A stretch of DNA of 53,073 bases from positions 1 through 53,073 of the forward strand of contig CBDVDH010000021.1 in assembly GCA_965372715.1 (NCBI GenBank), in the 5' to 3' direction. Shown in pieces: positions 37,953 to 48,953 of this stretch. The translations under genes were made by a program, and so were the position numbers. Every line of letters begins with the position of its first letter. The first letter of the stretch is position 1. The notes beneath the pieces are model-generated. The model saw only the letters and a program-made list of their open reading frames with translations. It did not search any database and was not told the origin of the DNA. Source of the stretch: an uncultured bacterium (GTDB taxonomy: Bacteria; B130-G9).

Positions 37953-38543
37953 ATGCGAAGATACGTTGTATTTGTGCTCCTTATTCTTGTGTCCGGACTG
38001 GTGGGCTGCGCCAAGAAGGACAGGTGGTTCGATACCGACCAGGAGATAAACCCCAGGGTCAGACACGCCAACTACGTTGACAAGGTGAACGCCTTCAAGC
38101 TCTACATCCCGCCCGGCGTCTGGAAAGTGGCGCCTGTCAAGAGAGCGCTGCTCGCCCTTGTCAGCCGCAAGTGCGTCGGCAAGGTGATCGTGAACGCCGA
38201 GTGGCTTTTCTCGGGCGAATACGGTGAGGAGGCGGAACGGATCGCAGTCGAGAGCTTCGACGGGGAGTTCGAGTGGCTGGACAAGAAAAAGTTCTTCGTG
38301 GGCGATTTCCCCGCCGTTATCGTTGCCGCGCGTGGCAAGATTCTCTACTCCGGGGCCGAGAAGTTCTATGTCGAAAGAACTGTGGCGGCCGGGGTGATCA
38401 AATACGGCTCGAGGCAGTGTCAGTTCAAGTATGTCGCTCCCGACGAGTGCTACGCCAAGACAAAGGACGATCTTGTGAACCTGATGTTGGGCTTTGAGCA
38501 GCTCGACCGTTCCTGGTTCTCAGGCAAGGAGAAAGGAAAATGA
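37953..38543 (+). CDS. putative lipoprotein (possible PsbP/DcrB-like fold)
   Basis: lipobox LVGC after hydrophobic stretch; ATG 2 nt after the C25 stop. Confidence 0.7.
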   Translation: MRRYVVFVLLILVSGLVGCAKKDRWFDTDQEINPRVRHANYVDKVNAFKLYIPPGVWKVAPVKRALLALVSRKCVGKVIVNAEWLFSGEYGEEAERIAVESFDGEFEWLDKKKFFVGDFPAVIVAARGKILYSGAEKFYVERTVAAGVIKYGSRQCQFKYVAPDECYAKTKDDLVNLMLGFEQLDRSWFSGKEKGK

Positions 38544-38986
38544 GGGCTGTGCTCCAGCGCGTCAGGAGCGCCTCGGTCAGCGTGAAGGGTGAGTGCATTA
38601 CCGCAATTGGCAAGGGCCTTCTCATCCTTCTGGGCCTTACGCGGGATGACAACGGGGATACGGCGGAGCCGCTGGCCGATAAGATCGCTGCTCTTCGTAT
38701 CTTCGAGGACCAAGAGGGCAAGATGAACCTGTCCATCTGCGACGTGTCGGGCGAGGCGCTCGTTGTCTCGCAGTTCACGCTTTATGCGGATTGCAGGAAG
38801 GGGAGGCGCCCCAGTTTCACGAATGCAGCTCCGCCCGACCAAGCGAAGGAGCTATACGAGAGGTTCTGCGACCTTTTGACAAAGTCGGGCATTCCCACGT
38901 GTCGAGGCGAGTTTGGCGAGAAGATGATTGTGGCCCTGGAAAACGACGGCCCGGTTACGATTGTGCTCGACACGCTGCTGCTGTGA
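38540..38986 (+). CDS. dtd: D-aminoacyl-tRNA deacylase
   Basis: [32 protein letters not shown]. Confidence 0.95.
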   Translation: MRAVLQRVRSASVSVKGECITAIGKGLLILLGLTRDDNGDTAEPLADKIAALRIFEDQEGKMNLSICDVSGEALVVSQFTLYADCRKGRRPSFTNAAPPDQAKELYERFCDLLTKSGIPTCRGEFGEKMIVALENDGPVTIVLDTLLL

Positions 38987-39095
38987 GTTTCTTGCGAACA
39001 GGCACGCCATAGGTAGATGTGATTCGTGAATTCGCCACAACCCATTGAGCTTAGTGTGTGGGGCGGGCTTTCTAGCCTGCCAAAGGGGCAGTAAG

Positions 39096-39581
39096 TTGAG
39101 GAGAAAGGCCAACAGAAGCATCCTGACCATGGGGATTACCATCGTTGTAATCCTGCTTTTCATCTGGCATTTCAACCGCAGATTTGAGCTGCTGAAGGAG
39201 AGGCCCAAGCCCGATGTCCAGACGACGGCGCCTTCCGCCGAGCGGATAGAAGATTCGACGCGCGGAGACAAGAATGCCATCCTCTTGGACGCACGCGATG
39301 CGAAGCTGCCCATTCTAGCCTGCTTCTGCGCTGGCTGGCATTACAGTTGCCAGGAGATGAGCAAGCTGTTGGCGAGGATGAAGTCCAGGTTCGGCGACAG
39401 GCTCCAGGTTCGTGTGATAGACCCGTCGGAAGAGGCGGCGCTTGCCAGGCAGTTCAGGATCGACAGCTTGCCGACGTTTGTCCTATTCGACGCCAACGGG
39501 AAACTCGTTCTTCGCAGCGAGGGGACCATGACGGAGAGGGAGTTGCTCGACGCGCTGGCTCGGGCTGGACTAGGCGATTAG
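39096..39581 (+). CDS. membrane-anchored thioredoxin-fold protein with degenerate active site
   Basis: N-terminal TM; F.A.WHYSC in place of WCxxC; cis-Pro SLPTFVLFD; start uncertain. Confidence 0.7.
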   Translation: MRRKANRSILTMGITIVVILLFIWHFNRRFELLKERPKPDVQTTAPSAERIEDSTRGDKNAILLDARDAKLPILACFCAGWHYSCQEMSKLLARMKSRFGDRLQVRVIDPSEEAALARQFRIDSLPTFVLFDANGKLVLRSEGTMTERELLDALARAGLGD

Positions 39582-39617
39582 GCATGGTTCGGCAAGAGCT
39601 CACATCCTTTGGCCACA

Positions 39618-40604
39618 TCAGTCTGGGCTTTTACTCTCTTCAAGCTGAAGCTCCTCCACTGCTGCCACGAGGCTCCGGGCGTTGTGTCGCATGAGTCTTA
39701 GATAGCCGTTTGAGTGGTTACCTCCTCCGACCGCCGATCTGAGAAGGGCGATCTTGAAGGGGCCCAGCTTCGCGAGCTGCTGGGCAAACAACTGCTCCGA
39801 CAGTGTGTCCAGGACTATGACCCTCACGTTGTTGGCCGAGAGCGTTTTCGCTAGGCCGCTGATAGCATTCGGCTCGGCGATTCGGGGCAGCATCTGCTCC
39901 AGACGGCCGACGACCGAGAGGTTGAAGCGTTTCCCGAAATAGAACAGGCCGTTACAGCTGGCGACCATCTTGACACCGGAGGCACAGGCCAACTCGGACG
40001 CCATCTCCGATTCAAGCTTGTCGAGCTCGACGAAGTAGGCCTGTCGCTCTTGCTCAAGGTATTTGGCCGCCTCGGGCATGATGCTGATTATGCCCAGATG
40101 TATGGCCAGGACCATCTCGCGAACGTTGCCCGGATCAAGCCAGAAATAGGGGTCAGCTCTGCCAGCAAGAGCGGACGGGGCGCCGACCATGGGTCGGCCG
40201 TTCTTGTCCAGAAGGCCCACGCTTCTCGAGAGGTCGATGACCTTCAGATCGGGCCTATTCAAGTCCCGCGTTATGTGGTCAACCCAGTCGTCCAGACCAG
40301 CCCCAACCTTAATCAACAGGTTCGCCTCATAAACGCTGACCACGTCCCTGGGCCTTTGCTGAAAGCCCAAGACCTCGATCTCTTCCGTGACGAGACTCGT
40401 AACGTTCACGTATTGGCCGCACGTCCGAACAACGAGGTCCTTCAGGATCGGTATCGTAACGACTACACTGACCTTGGGCGGCGACGCGACGCTCGAGGCG
40501 CTGACGTGCTCGCCGGCGAATTGAGGCATCCGCATCAGAACGAGAAACGTCAGCAATACCCAGACGATCAAGAGCAGTGTGCCCAGGACGATCTTTGTTC
40601 TCAT
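39618..40604 (-). CDS. ZnuA/TroA-family (cluster A-I) ABC substrate-binding protein, atypical ligands
   Basis: VVVTIPILKDLV, PRDV..V.EANLLIKVGAGLDDW, DPYFWLDP, YFGKRFNL, YLRLMRHN. Confidence 0.8.
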   Translation of the reverse strand: MRTKIVLGTLLLIVWVLLTFLVLMRMPQFAGEHVSASSVASPPKVSVVVTIPILKDLVVRTCGQYVNVTSLVTEEIEVLGFQQRPRDVVSVYEANLLIKVGAGLDDWVDHITRDLNRPDLKVIDLSRSVGLLDKNGRPMVGAPSALAGRADPYFWLDPGNVREMVLAIHLGIISIMPEAAKYLEQERQAYFVELDKLESEMASELACASGVKMVASCNGLFYFGKRFNLSVVGRLEQMLPRIAEPNAISGLAKTLSANNVRVIVLDTLSEQLFAQQLAKLGPFKIALLRSAVGGGNHSNGYLRLMRHNARSLVAAVEELQLEESKSPD

Positions 40605-40910
40605 GGCCTTGCGTGTCTCGGAAATAGTGACTTGGTATCGGATTCTTCTACCGTTGATTCTGCCATGCAGCGTGAGTTTCGCAAGCGTGAGTTCATGAAG
40701 CGTTTCCGTGAGGGCGGAAACGGGAGAAAAGGAAAAAGGGAGAAAGGGAAAAGGGGAAGTGGTTCGAAGCCAGGGATTCTCCCGAGGGGCAGCTGATCGC
40801 TGAGTTGTCTCACGTGGGATGTTTGTCCGCGCTCCATAGACTCAGTGCCGTGCGGCTGTAACAAGGAGTGGATCTAAGGCGAGCAGGGAGCGGGTCCGCG
40901 CCGAAGGTTC

Positions 40911-41858
40911 TCATTCCGGCGGCCGCCACGGGCCATATCCCTTCTTGCGCCTCAGATATCTTATCATAAGATAGGGCGTCAGGAGAAAGATGTACGCCGA
41001 CTGAAGGCTCAGCAGGGCGAGCATCTTGAGATAAACCAACGGTCGTTTGTAGGAGAATCGAAAGAAGCGGAATACCTTGACCGCCGGCTGAACGAGGGCC
41101 CTGTGGTATAGCAGCACCCGCAAGGGATGCCAGTGGACGGACTTTCTGTACAACTCAGGATGCCGCTCATAGAGATAGAACTCGCTCTCCAGGTTCCTGG
41201 TCCGCGTCAGCAGCTTTCGCATTGTGGTTGGCCGCGGCGGGTGAACGACCAGCGCGTCTTCTGAGAAACCTATATCCCCGAGCGCCTTGATCTTGAACGT
41301 GATGTCCCAGTCCTCGTTGTCCGGCGTGGCAATGAAGCGGCAGCCGGGGTATGGGAACGACTCCTCGAACATCCCAACCTTTAGAAGAGCTTCTCGCCTG
41401 TATGCGACGTTGCACGTGGGATAGCTGTACTCGAGGCTGTTCTCAACCTGATGCGTGAACGGCGTGATCTTTTCTGGTTCCGAGACCGTCTTGCCGCCCA
41501 CGCCCAGGTGGTCCGGGTGTTCGGCAAAATGCCTGTCGATTGCGCTCAGCCAGCCGCGGCCGGGCACGCAGTCAGCATCCGTAAACGCCACGATCTCGCC
41601 GCTAGATGCGAGGATGCCGGCATTCCGCGCCGCCGAAGCGCCGCCTCGCTCGTTGCGAAGATACTTGAGCAGTGTCCCCTGTGCCTCGAACCGGCTGGCG
41701 AATCCGTCAATTAGCGCGTCCGTTCCATCGGTCGAGCCGTCATCTGAGACCACGACCTCGAACTGCGAAGCATCGAAATCCTGCCCGAGCAGTCCTTCCA
41801 GGCACGCAGAAAGCAACTCCCTGCTGTTGTAGGTCGGGATGACGACGGAAACCCTCAA
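40911..41858 (-). CDS. glycosyltransferase family 2
   Basis: VSVVIPTYN, VSDDGSTDGT, ARNAG, FTDAD, EDWD; TTG start after GGAG. Confidence 0.9.
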   Translation of the reverse strand: MRVSVVIPTYNSRELLSACLEGLLGQDFDASQFEVVVSDDGSTDGTDALIDGFASRFEAQGTLLKYLRNERGGASAARNAGILASSGEIVAFTDADCVPGRGWLSAIDRHFAEHPDHLGVGGKTVSEPEKITPFTHQVENSLEYSYPTCNVAYRREALLKVGMFEESFPYPGCRFIATPDNEDWDITFKIKALGDIGFSEDALVVHPPRPTTMRKLLTRTRNLESEFYLYERHPELYRKSVHWHPLRVLLYHRALVQPAVKVFRFFRFSYKRPLVYLKMLALLSLQSAYIFLLTPYLMIRYLRRKKGYGPWRPPE

Positions 41859-41863
41859 TCCTA

Positions 41864-42352
41864 CTACTCCGCGCCGTCTCTTATCTTTTCGATGACGCTC
41901 CTGGACGCGTGATCTTTGGGGTCGCCGCATATCACAACTCGCCCGCCATAGCTCTTCACGACCTCGCGTTCAGGCACGGTCTCTTCGGTGTAGTCGGTCC
42001 CTTTGGCATGTATATCGGGCCTCAGCCGCTTGATCACCTCTGATACGTCATTACCGTGAAAGGTGCAGACCCAATCCGGCGCCTCAAGCCCCGCGATTAT
42101 CTCTGCCCTCGCGTTCTCATCCAGAATCGGCCTCCCAGGGCCTTTGAGCTCCTTGACCGACGCGTCGCTGTTTATCGCTACCACAAGGCAATCCCCGAGC
42201 GCCTTCGCGGCCTCAAGATAACGCGTGTGGCCGACGTGCAGAATGTCGAAGCACCCGTTGGCAAGAACGACTGTCTTGCCCCCTTGCTTGAGCGCAGGAA
42301 CTATTCCCTCAAGCTCGGCCAGCGTCCTTCTCTTCCCGAAGTAGTGATCCAT
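41864..42352 (-). CDS. rfaE2: RfaE domain II-like heptose-1-phosphate adenylyltransferase (cytidylyltransferase family)
   Basis: ANGCFDILHVGH, AINSDASVKELKGPGRP, PDIHAKGTDY. Confidence 0.8.
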   Translation of the reverse strand: MDHYFGKRRTLAELEGIVPALKQGGKTVVLANGCFDILHVGHTRYLEAAKALGDCLVVAINSDASVKELKGPGRPILDENARAEIIAGLEAPDWVCTFHGNDVSEVIKRLRPDIHAKGTDYTEETVPEREVVKSYGGRVVICGDPKDHASRSVIEKIRDGAE

Positions 42353-42387
42353 TCCCAAGTCAAAAGCCTCGTGAGGCAAGAAGTATC

Positions 42388-42458
42388 GATCCACGAAGGA
42401 CACGAAGGGCCACTAAGGTAATCTTGTCTTCGTGCAACTTCGTGTGTCTTCGTGGATG
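42388..42458. repeat. CACGAAG short-period repeat in inverted arrangement
   Basis: GATCCACGAAGGACACGAAG identical to 7803-7822; inverted CTTCGTG units at 42428-42458; related copy at 47600-47626. Confidence 0.65.
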
Positions 42459-42549
42459 AATCTTCTCAGAAGCTATGCCGGCCTTCGTCAATAATGCCCA
42501 ATTCCTTTTCATGCCCATCTGTCATTCTGATGTGTCCAGGCTTGAGCTT

Positions 42550-42578
42550 TGAATACAACCGTTGCTTGAGTTCGTCAA
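42550..42578 (-). promoter_or_regulatory. possible sigma70 promoter for rfaE2-GT2
   Basis: TTGACG-17 nt-TATTCA on minus strand. Confidence 0.35.
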
Positions 42579-42752
42579 GTAGGACTTGTCGGGCCGAAAG
42601 GGCCGGCCAATCTGGCGGGCGCTTTGGTCAAGGTCTTCCCGCGGCCCTTTGCCGAAATCAGCCCGAATACACTGCTTCGCGGCGCGGCATTGAGGCGCGT
42701 TCCAAACACCGAGGCCCGCCTATGGAATCACGGCAAGTCCCCGGCTGTAATC

Positions 42753-45700
42753 CTACCGCAGAACCATGCCCGAATCTTGCGGATCAAGATAAGGGATTAT
42801 GCCGGCGGTCGTCGCTGTTGCGGGTCCGTGGGCGGTCCAGTTGCCGCTCGTCTCGATGTCAACCAGCCAGTAGTTGTATGTGATGCCCGGGTCAACGCGA
42901 TTGTCGGTGAAGCTGTACGAGGCTCCGGAAGTTGGTGTGCCCTCTGCGGCGATCAGATCGCTTATCTGGACATAGTCCTGCGTGCTGGCGATCTCCCTGA
43001 ATAGAGCGAAGCCGGCGTTTCTGATCTCGGCGCCCGTCTCCCAGGTCAAGATGATAGATCCATCGTCTGGCCTCGCCTCGAACGACACGAGCTCGATATA
43101 AGTGCAGCCGCCATACTCATAGTGGTAGCCCATATCAACCCGGTTGGTGTCGAGGAAGCCGTTAACGGCAGTCGAATACTCGGTGTTGGCACTTCCACCG
43201 AAGGGGTCCGAGTCTGCGTCGCCGGCATCGATGCAGGGACTCCATTCCGATGAGGGCCAGCCCTGACCGTCGTTCTCCTGCTTAAGGAAATAACCGTCAT
43301 AATTAGTGTCGCCGCCTCTGTAACAGAACATCGGGTCCTCATCGATGTTGCCCTCGCCCGACCAGCCGCCGTCAACATCCGAGTATGTGACGGAAACGCC
43401 GCTCCCCACGATCTCGTCCGGGCTGTCTTCCCATAGAATCGAGTTCAAAACATTCGGCTTGCAGCTCGTGTCGGCGCAGCGGATGGCGCCGCCCCGGACG
43501 CCCGCGACGTTGCCAGTGATCGTGCAGTTTGTGAGCGTCGGTGAACCGTGGTCCCACAGCCATATACCGCCGCCCTCGTGTTGGGCCGTGTTGCCGCTGA
43601 TCGTGCAGTTTGTCAGCGTTGCTGAACCAGAGGATAAGCGTATGCCGCCGCCATAGTATCCAGTGTTGCCCGAGATCGTGCAGTTTGTCAGCGTCGGTGA
43701 ACTGTCGCAGAGGATGCCATTGTCTGTATTCTCTGATATCGTGCAGTTTGTCAGCGTCGCTGAACAGGAGCCCGAGAGGCGGATGCCGCCGCCACCGTTA
43801 GCTGCCGTGTTGCCCGAGACCGTGCAGTTCGTCAGCGCGGGGGAACTGTAGTCCTCGCAGCAGATGCCGCCGCCGTAGTGTTTCGCACTGTTGCCGCTGA
43901 TCGTGCAATTTGTCAGCGTTGGAGAACTGTAGGCCTCGCAGCAGATGCCGCCGCCTTCATTGATTGCATTGTTGCCGCTGATCGTGCAGTCGGTCAGCGT
44001 GGGAGAACTGTAGTCCTGGCAGCAGATGCCGCCGCCAGAGTTGGAGTGGGCCGTGTCATAACCGGCCGAATTGCCCGAGAGCGTGCACTCGATGATCGTC
44101 GGTGCAGACTCGTGGCAATAGATGCCGCCGCCGTAGTATTTCGCACTGTTGCCGCTGATCGAGCAATTTGTCAGCGTGGGAGAACTGTCGTCGCAGTATA
44201 TGCCGCCGCCATGCTCATTCGCCTCGTTGTCCGAGAGCGTGCAGTCAGTCAGCGTCGGAGAACTGTCGTCCCAGCAGTGAATGCCGCCGCCATCGTTGGC
44301 CGCGTTGCCGATGAGCGTGCAGTTTGTCAGCGTCGGAGAACTGTACTCGCAGTAGATGCCGCCGCCGTGCTCATTCGCCTCGTTGTCCGAGAGCGTGCAG
44401 TTGGTCAGCGTCGGAGAACTGCACTCGCAGTAGATGCCGCCGCCGAATTGCGCGCTCCCATTTTGAATCGTGAAGCCATCGACGGTAACTTCGGATTCGG
44501 TGTCAATCTTCACCACGGTATTACTTGCGCCGCCGTCGATGATCGTCTCATTGGCATTTGGATCGCGCGAGCCCCCGCCGGCAGGATATCCGCCTAAAAG
44601 GACAACGTAAATGTCCAAGGCGATATTCTCATAATAGGTTTCGGCCGCAACGTGGATTATGTCAGGATCGCTTTTGCTTCCTGAACCGCAGGCATCGATA
44701 CCAGCCTGTATGGATGCGAAGGCGTCGTTCCAGCTGAGGCCATCGTTGTCGTCGTCTCCGTACGTCGCGTCAACGTAATACTCACACTGTGACCAAGTTA
44801 CGGTGGGGCCGTCGTACGCCCCGTATTCCGGATCCTTGTCGCTATCCGAGTGGTCGTCCTCGAAGTAGAAGTAATAGGTGTGGTCCCCTTCAGAGAGCCT
44901 TGTCCGATAGAGATAGACCCCGTCCCCCGGGTCGCCGCTTTCCAGAGACATTTCATACTCGTACTCGCCATCTATTGTGACCAGGCTTACCGATGGAGCA
45001 TGGCCCTCCGGATCGAGGTAGTGAACCGTGTATGCGTATTCCGTGCAAGTCGTGCCCGATTCGGGATCGACCTGGCCGTCCGAGAGGACCGGCGGGTCGT
45101 TGACGGTGGGGCCCTCATAGACACCGGTTTCGGGGTCCTTATCGCTGCCTGAGTGACCGTTCTCGAAATAGAAGTAGAAATTGTGATCGCCTGATGACAG
45201 CGTTGTTTCAAAGATGTAAGTGCCGTCCGCGGCATCGCCCGAATCGAGCGTCATGTCATGGCCCGAATCGTAGTCGATATAGACCTTCTTAAGTGAGGGC
45301 GCATACCCGTTGGCGTCATAGTAATCGACGGTATACTCGAAGACAGTCGCTGTTGTGCCGGAACTGGGCTCGACTGCCCCGTTTGAAAGTGAAGTATCCC
45401 CGTCCACCGAAGGGCCCTGGTATGTGCCGTCCCTCGGGTCCCGGCAGCTGCCGCCGTTTCCGTCCTCGAAATAGAAATAGAACTCGTGCTCGCCTTCCGG
45501 AAGATTGGTCTGATAGAAGTAGGTCCCATTCGCCGCATTGCCGCTTTCCAGCGTCATGTCGTGCCCTACGCCGTCGTCGATATAGACCTTGCTGACGGTA
45601 GGTGCGTCGTCGTCCTGATCATGGTAACGCACACGGTAAGTGAACGTGGTGTCCTCCCTGCCGTGCTCGGGCTCCACCCTGCCGTCGTATAAGGTGGGGT

Positions 45701-47190
45701 CATGGTTGTCAACATTGGACGGGTAATGCCAGCCCAAATCGACTATGTCGAGATCGGGCTCCCCGTCAGTTCGGGTGGACCGACTGGCGAGGCCTAGCGA
45801 GAGAGCATCGTCGCTGCCTGCGTCAACGCAGGGGCTCTGGTTTTCCTGCCCGGCCTCCGTCTGGCTCAAGTAATATCCTTCAACGAACAGCGGGTCCTCA
45901 GACATGTTGCCCTCGCCGCTGGCACAGTCCCCATCCTCAATGTCGCAGTAGGTTATACCTGAGCAGCTGACGCCATACACATCATCGCTGTTGCCCCAAA
46001 GGATGCAGTCTGTCAGGGTCGGTTCGGCGTAGCCAGCGGAGTATATGCCGTGCTTGGTGTTGTCGGCTATGGTGGTGTTGGTCAGTACCGGCGCGGGATT
46101 ATAGCTATAAGCCACGTAGGAGAAGATCCCGCCCGCTGCTTCGTAGCTGTCAGAGTATCCCCAGGGTATGGAAGTCTGGATTACGTTTTCAGCTACGAGG
46201 CAGTTGCGGAGACGGGGCGGGGTCGTGCGATTGTATGAGTCTCGGCACCAGATACCTCCACCGACTGCAGACGCGTAACGGTCCCCGATGCCGCAGAGAG
46301 GCGAGTAGCGCCCACCTGCTCCGTAGGATTGACCGTAACTGCCTTCCCAATAGGCCCTCGCGTAAGCAGTATTACTGACGACCGTGGTGTGTATCAGCGG
46401 GCGAGGAGCTGAGGGAGTAAACGCCGCCCCCCTCCGCGTAGGCATCGTCCCAGTAACCGACGTATGACTCGCTGTCAGCGTAGGCTGTGTTGTCCCTAAC
46501 CGTACACTCAATCAACGAGGCCATGCAGTCGCGGAAATAGATGCCGCCGCCGTAGGCGAAGGCCTTGCTTTTCCACGAGTAGGTTGTAGCGTCTGCCTCC
46601 GCGGTGTTATCCCTGACTGTGCAATTGAACATTGTAATGGTGGAGCCATTGCAGTACAGCCCTCCACCCCGCGCGTGGGCATCGTCAGTGCCGCTTTGGA
46701 ACGCCTTGTTGTGACGCACCGTGCAATTCAGGACTTCCAGCTTTGATTCCTCGCACATTATCCCGCCGCCGTATTGAGACTCGCCGTGCTCGATAGTGAA
46801 CCCATCGATTGTGACGCCGTCATCTTCGTAGAGATTTACCACGACATCGGCTTGACTTCCGTCTATAGTCGTTAGATTCGTCTCCCAGTCTCGATCTCCT
46901 CCACCGGGCGGATATCCGCCGAGAAGCGTGACGTAACTATCAAGCACTATGTTTTCATAATAAGTGCTCGCGGCAACGTGGACGATGTCCGCATCCCCTG
47001 AGCTGCCGGTGTTGCACGAAGCGATGCCCTTCTGAACGGTGGCAAAGGCATCTCCCCAACTCGTTCCGGAGTTGCTGTCGCTGCCATTGGTCTTGTCAAC
47101 GTAGTAATCAGTTGCTGCAAACGCGCCGCCCGCCAAGATCGCGAAGACCGCGGCAATGGCGATCACCAATACAGTTATTCGAAGTCTCAT
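42753..47190 (-). pseudogene. large secreted protein with two DUF1565/beta-helix modules, three Ig-like repeats and C-terminal IELVSF-type domain; frameshift near 46398
   Basis: ORF 46372-47190 (signal peptide, YYVD...WGDAFATVQ) continues in another frame as ORF 42753-46511; GGGIxC..SSPTLTNCT turns. Confidence 0.8.
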
Positions 47191-47446
47191 CAGTGGTCTC
47201 CCTTCTTGACCCACATTGAGCTTTAGGCACGCGTCAAGCTGTAAGGCAGGTCTGTGGCTGTCGCATATATACTGGTCGCCCCGCTTCTATTGCCCAATCC
47301 CGTCACCAAAGGACATTTAAGAAAAGCAATTCAATGAGGAGGGACCTGTTGGGCGCTCGCCCAACGGAGTAAATCAGATGGTAGGAAAGGAGGCGTGTTG
47401 AGATAGCCCCGGCGCCCACCTTCTGTTTCGCTATCCCACTCGGTTA

Positions 47447-47475
47447 AGTATGACCGAAAATGGGGCTATCGTCAA
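47447..47475 (-). promoter_or_regulatory. probable sigma70 promoter
   Basis: TTGACG-17 nt-CATACT on minus strand, ~250 nt upstream of ATG 47190. Confidence 0.5.
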
Positions 47476-47637
47476 GTTTTCGGGCGATTACGCCGCTAAT
47501 CAGCTGGCGGGGATCGTATATGCGTGCCTGATTCCGCACATGGCCGGGAGGGGCAGTTGGTGTGATTAGTAGTGGCGGTTAGGGCGCCAAGTTGTTTTCT
47601 TTGTGTCTTCGCGCCCTCGTGGTTGAGCCTCCTACGG

Positions 47638-48903
47638 TTACGAGAGCGACAGATCGATCTTGTCAAGGATCGAACCGTCGAGGTTGCCGACTATCGTGAT
47701 GCCGAGCTCTCCGTCTGTGAGCAGCAGTCGGATAAGATCGTTGACCGAATCCGGTGTAACGGCATCTACGCCAGCACAGATCTCGTCGAGCGTGAATACC
47801 TTGCCAAAATAGGCCTGTCCCCTCACGAGCCTCATCACGCGGGCGTGAGTCGATTCGAGTGCGAGCATCAGGCTGCCCTTCAGCTGCTCCTTGGTCGCGC
47901 TCGTCTCCTCGGTGGTCACACCATCCTCGACGAGGCGCTTGAGCTGCTCCACAATCAGTGTGATGAGGCGTCGCACGCTCTTTTTCGCGCACGCTGAATA
48001 GATGGCGAACAGGCCGGTATCTCTTCTTCTGACGGAGAATGTACCGATTGAGTAACACAGGCCGTGCTTCTCCCTTATCTCCTGAAATAGACGGCTGCTG
48101 ATGCCGCCGCCCAGCCGTGTCTCCAAAACCGCGAACTCGTAGCGGTACGGGTTGTCGTGAGGCAGGCCTTTGACGCCCAGGCACAAGTTGATGTGGTCGA
48201 ACTTCCTCTCATAGACCTTCTGTTGGGGGCAATACGTAGGGGGCTCGGTCTCGGCCACACTGTGGCCATGGCCGGCAGGAAGCTTGCCAAGGGTTCTTTC
48301 CGCCGCCTCGACGAAGCACTTGGGATCGACGTTACCGCTGCACGCCACAACCATGTTTCGGCCCACATAGTGCTCGCGGTAGTACTGAACCACCGTCTCT
48401 CGGCTCAGCCTCGACATATTCCGCTCGGTTCCCAGGAGTAGCATCCCACTGGGGTGATTCGGCCAGGCGTCCATGAGGTATTGGTCAATTGTGTTCGAGC
48501 CCGGGTCGTTCATCTCTCTGAGTATCTCGTCCAGAACGACTTTGCGCTCCAGCTTGATGTCCTCGTCGTCGAATCGAGGCGATGTGACGAGCTCGGAGAG
48601 TATCTCAAGCCCAATATCGAAGTGCTTGTCGAGGACCTTGGCTGAAAACGTCGTCGCCTCGTGATCGGTCCAGGCATCGAGCGCCCCGCCGATGCTATCA
48701 ATTGCCTTTGCGATCTCGCGGGCGCTTCTGCGCTCGGTTCCTTTGAAGACGAGGTGTTCAATAAAGTGCCTCACTCCGCTTTTCTGCCGCCATTCAAGAG
48801 GGGGCCTTGTGTTCACCCACACGGCGATCGAGACCGACTTGACGTGCTCAAGCGGCTCACAAAGGAGCGTTATCCCGTTGTCTAAGACGTGCTTTTCAAT
48901 CAT
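47638..48903 (-). CDS. M16 family (pitrilysin-like) zinc peptidase
   Basis: LDNG, HFIEHLVFKGT (HxxEH), GGGISSRLFQEIREKHGLCYS. Confidence 0.92.
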   Translation of the reverse strand: MIEKHVLDNGITLLCEPLEHVKSVSIAVWVNTRPPLEWRQKSGVRHFIEHLVFKGTERRSAREIAKAIDSIGGALDAWTDHEATTFSAKVLDKHFDIGLEILSELVTSPRFDDEDIKLERKVVLDEILREMNDPGSNTIDQYLMDAWPNHPSGMLLLGTERNMSRLSRETVVQYYREHYVGRNMVVACSGNVDPKCFVEAAERTLGKLPAGHGHSVAETEPPTYCPQQKVYERKFDHINLCLGVKGLPHDNPYRYEFAVLETRLGGGISSRLFQEIREKHGLCYSIGTFSVRRRDTGLFAIYSACAKKSVRRLITLIVEQLKRLVEDGVTTEETSATKEQLKGSLMLALESTHARVMRLVRGQAYFGKVFTLDEICAGVDAVTPDSVNDLIRLLLTDGELGITIVGNLDGSILDKIDLSLS

Positions 48904-48953
48904 CTAAACGCTTGAAGCTCCCAGGCTGCGACATAGGATCGGTGTCTTGGTTT

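Noticed and set aside
40755-40800. tRNA-like GGTTCGA
   Set aside because: No cloverleaf or acceptor stem around it
42588-42666. long imperfect hairpin (AAAGGGCCG/CGGCCCTTT) as an ncRNA
   Set aside because: Single GC-rich stem downstream of a gene; more simply a terminator-like or degenerate repeat
43500-44460. DGR variable/template repeat pair
   Set aside because: Repeats are tandem coding beta-helix turns, differences are not restricted to adenines, and no reverse transcriptase is in the window
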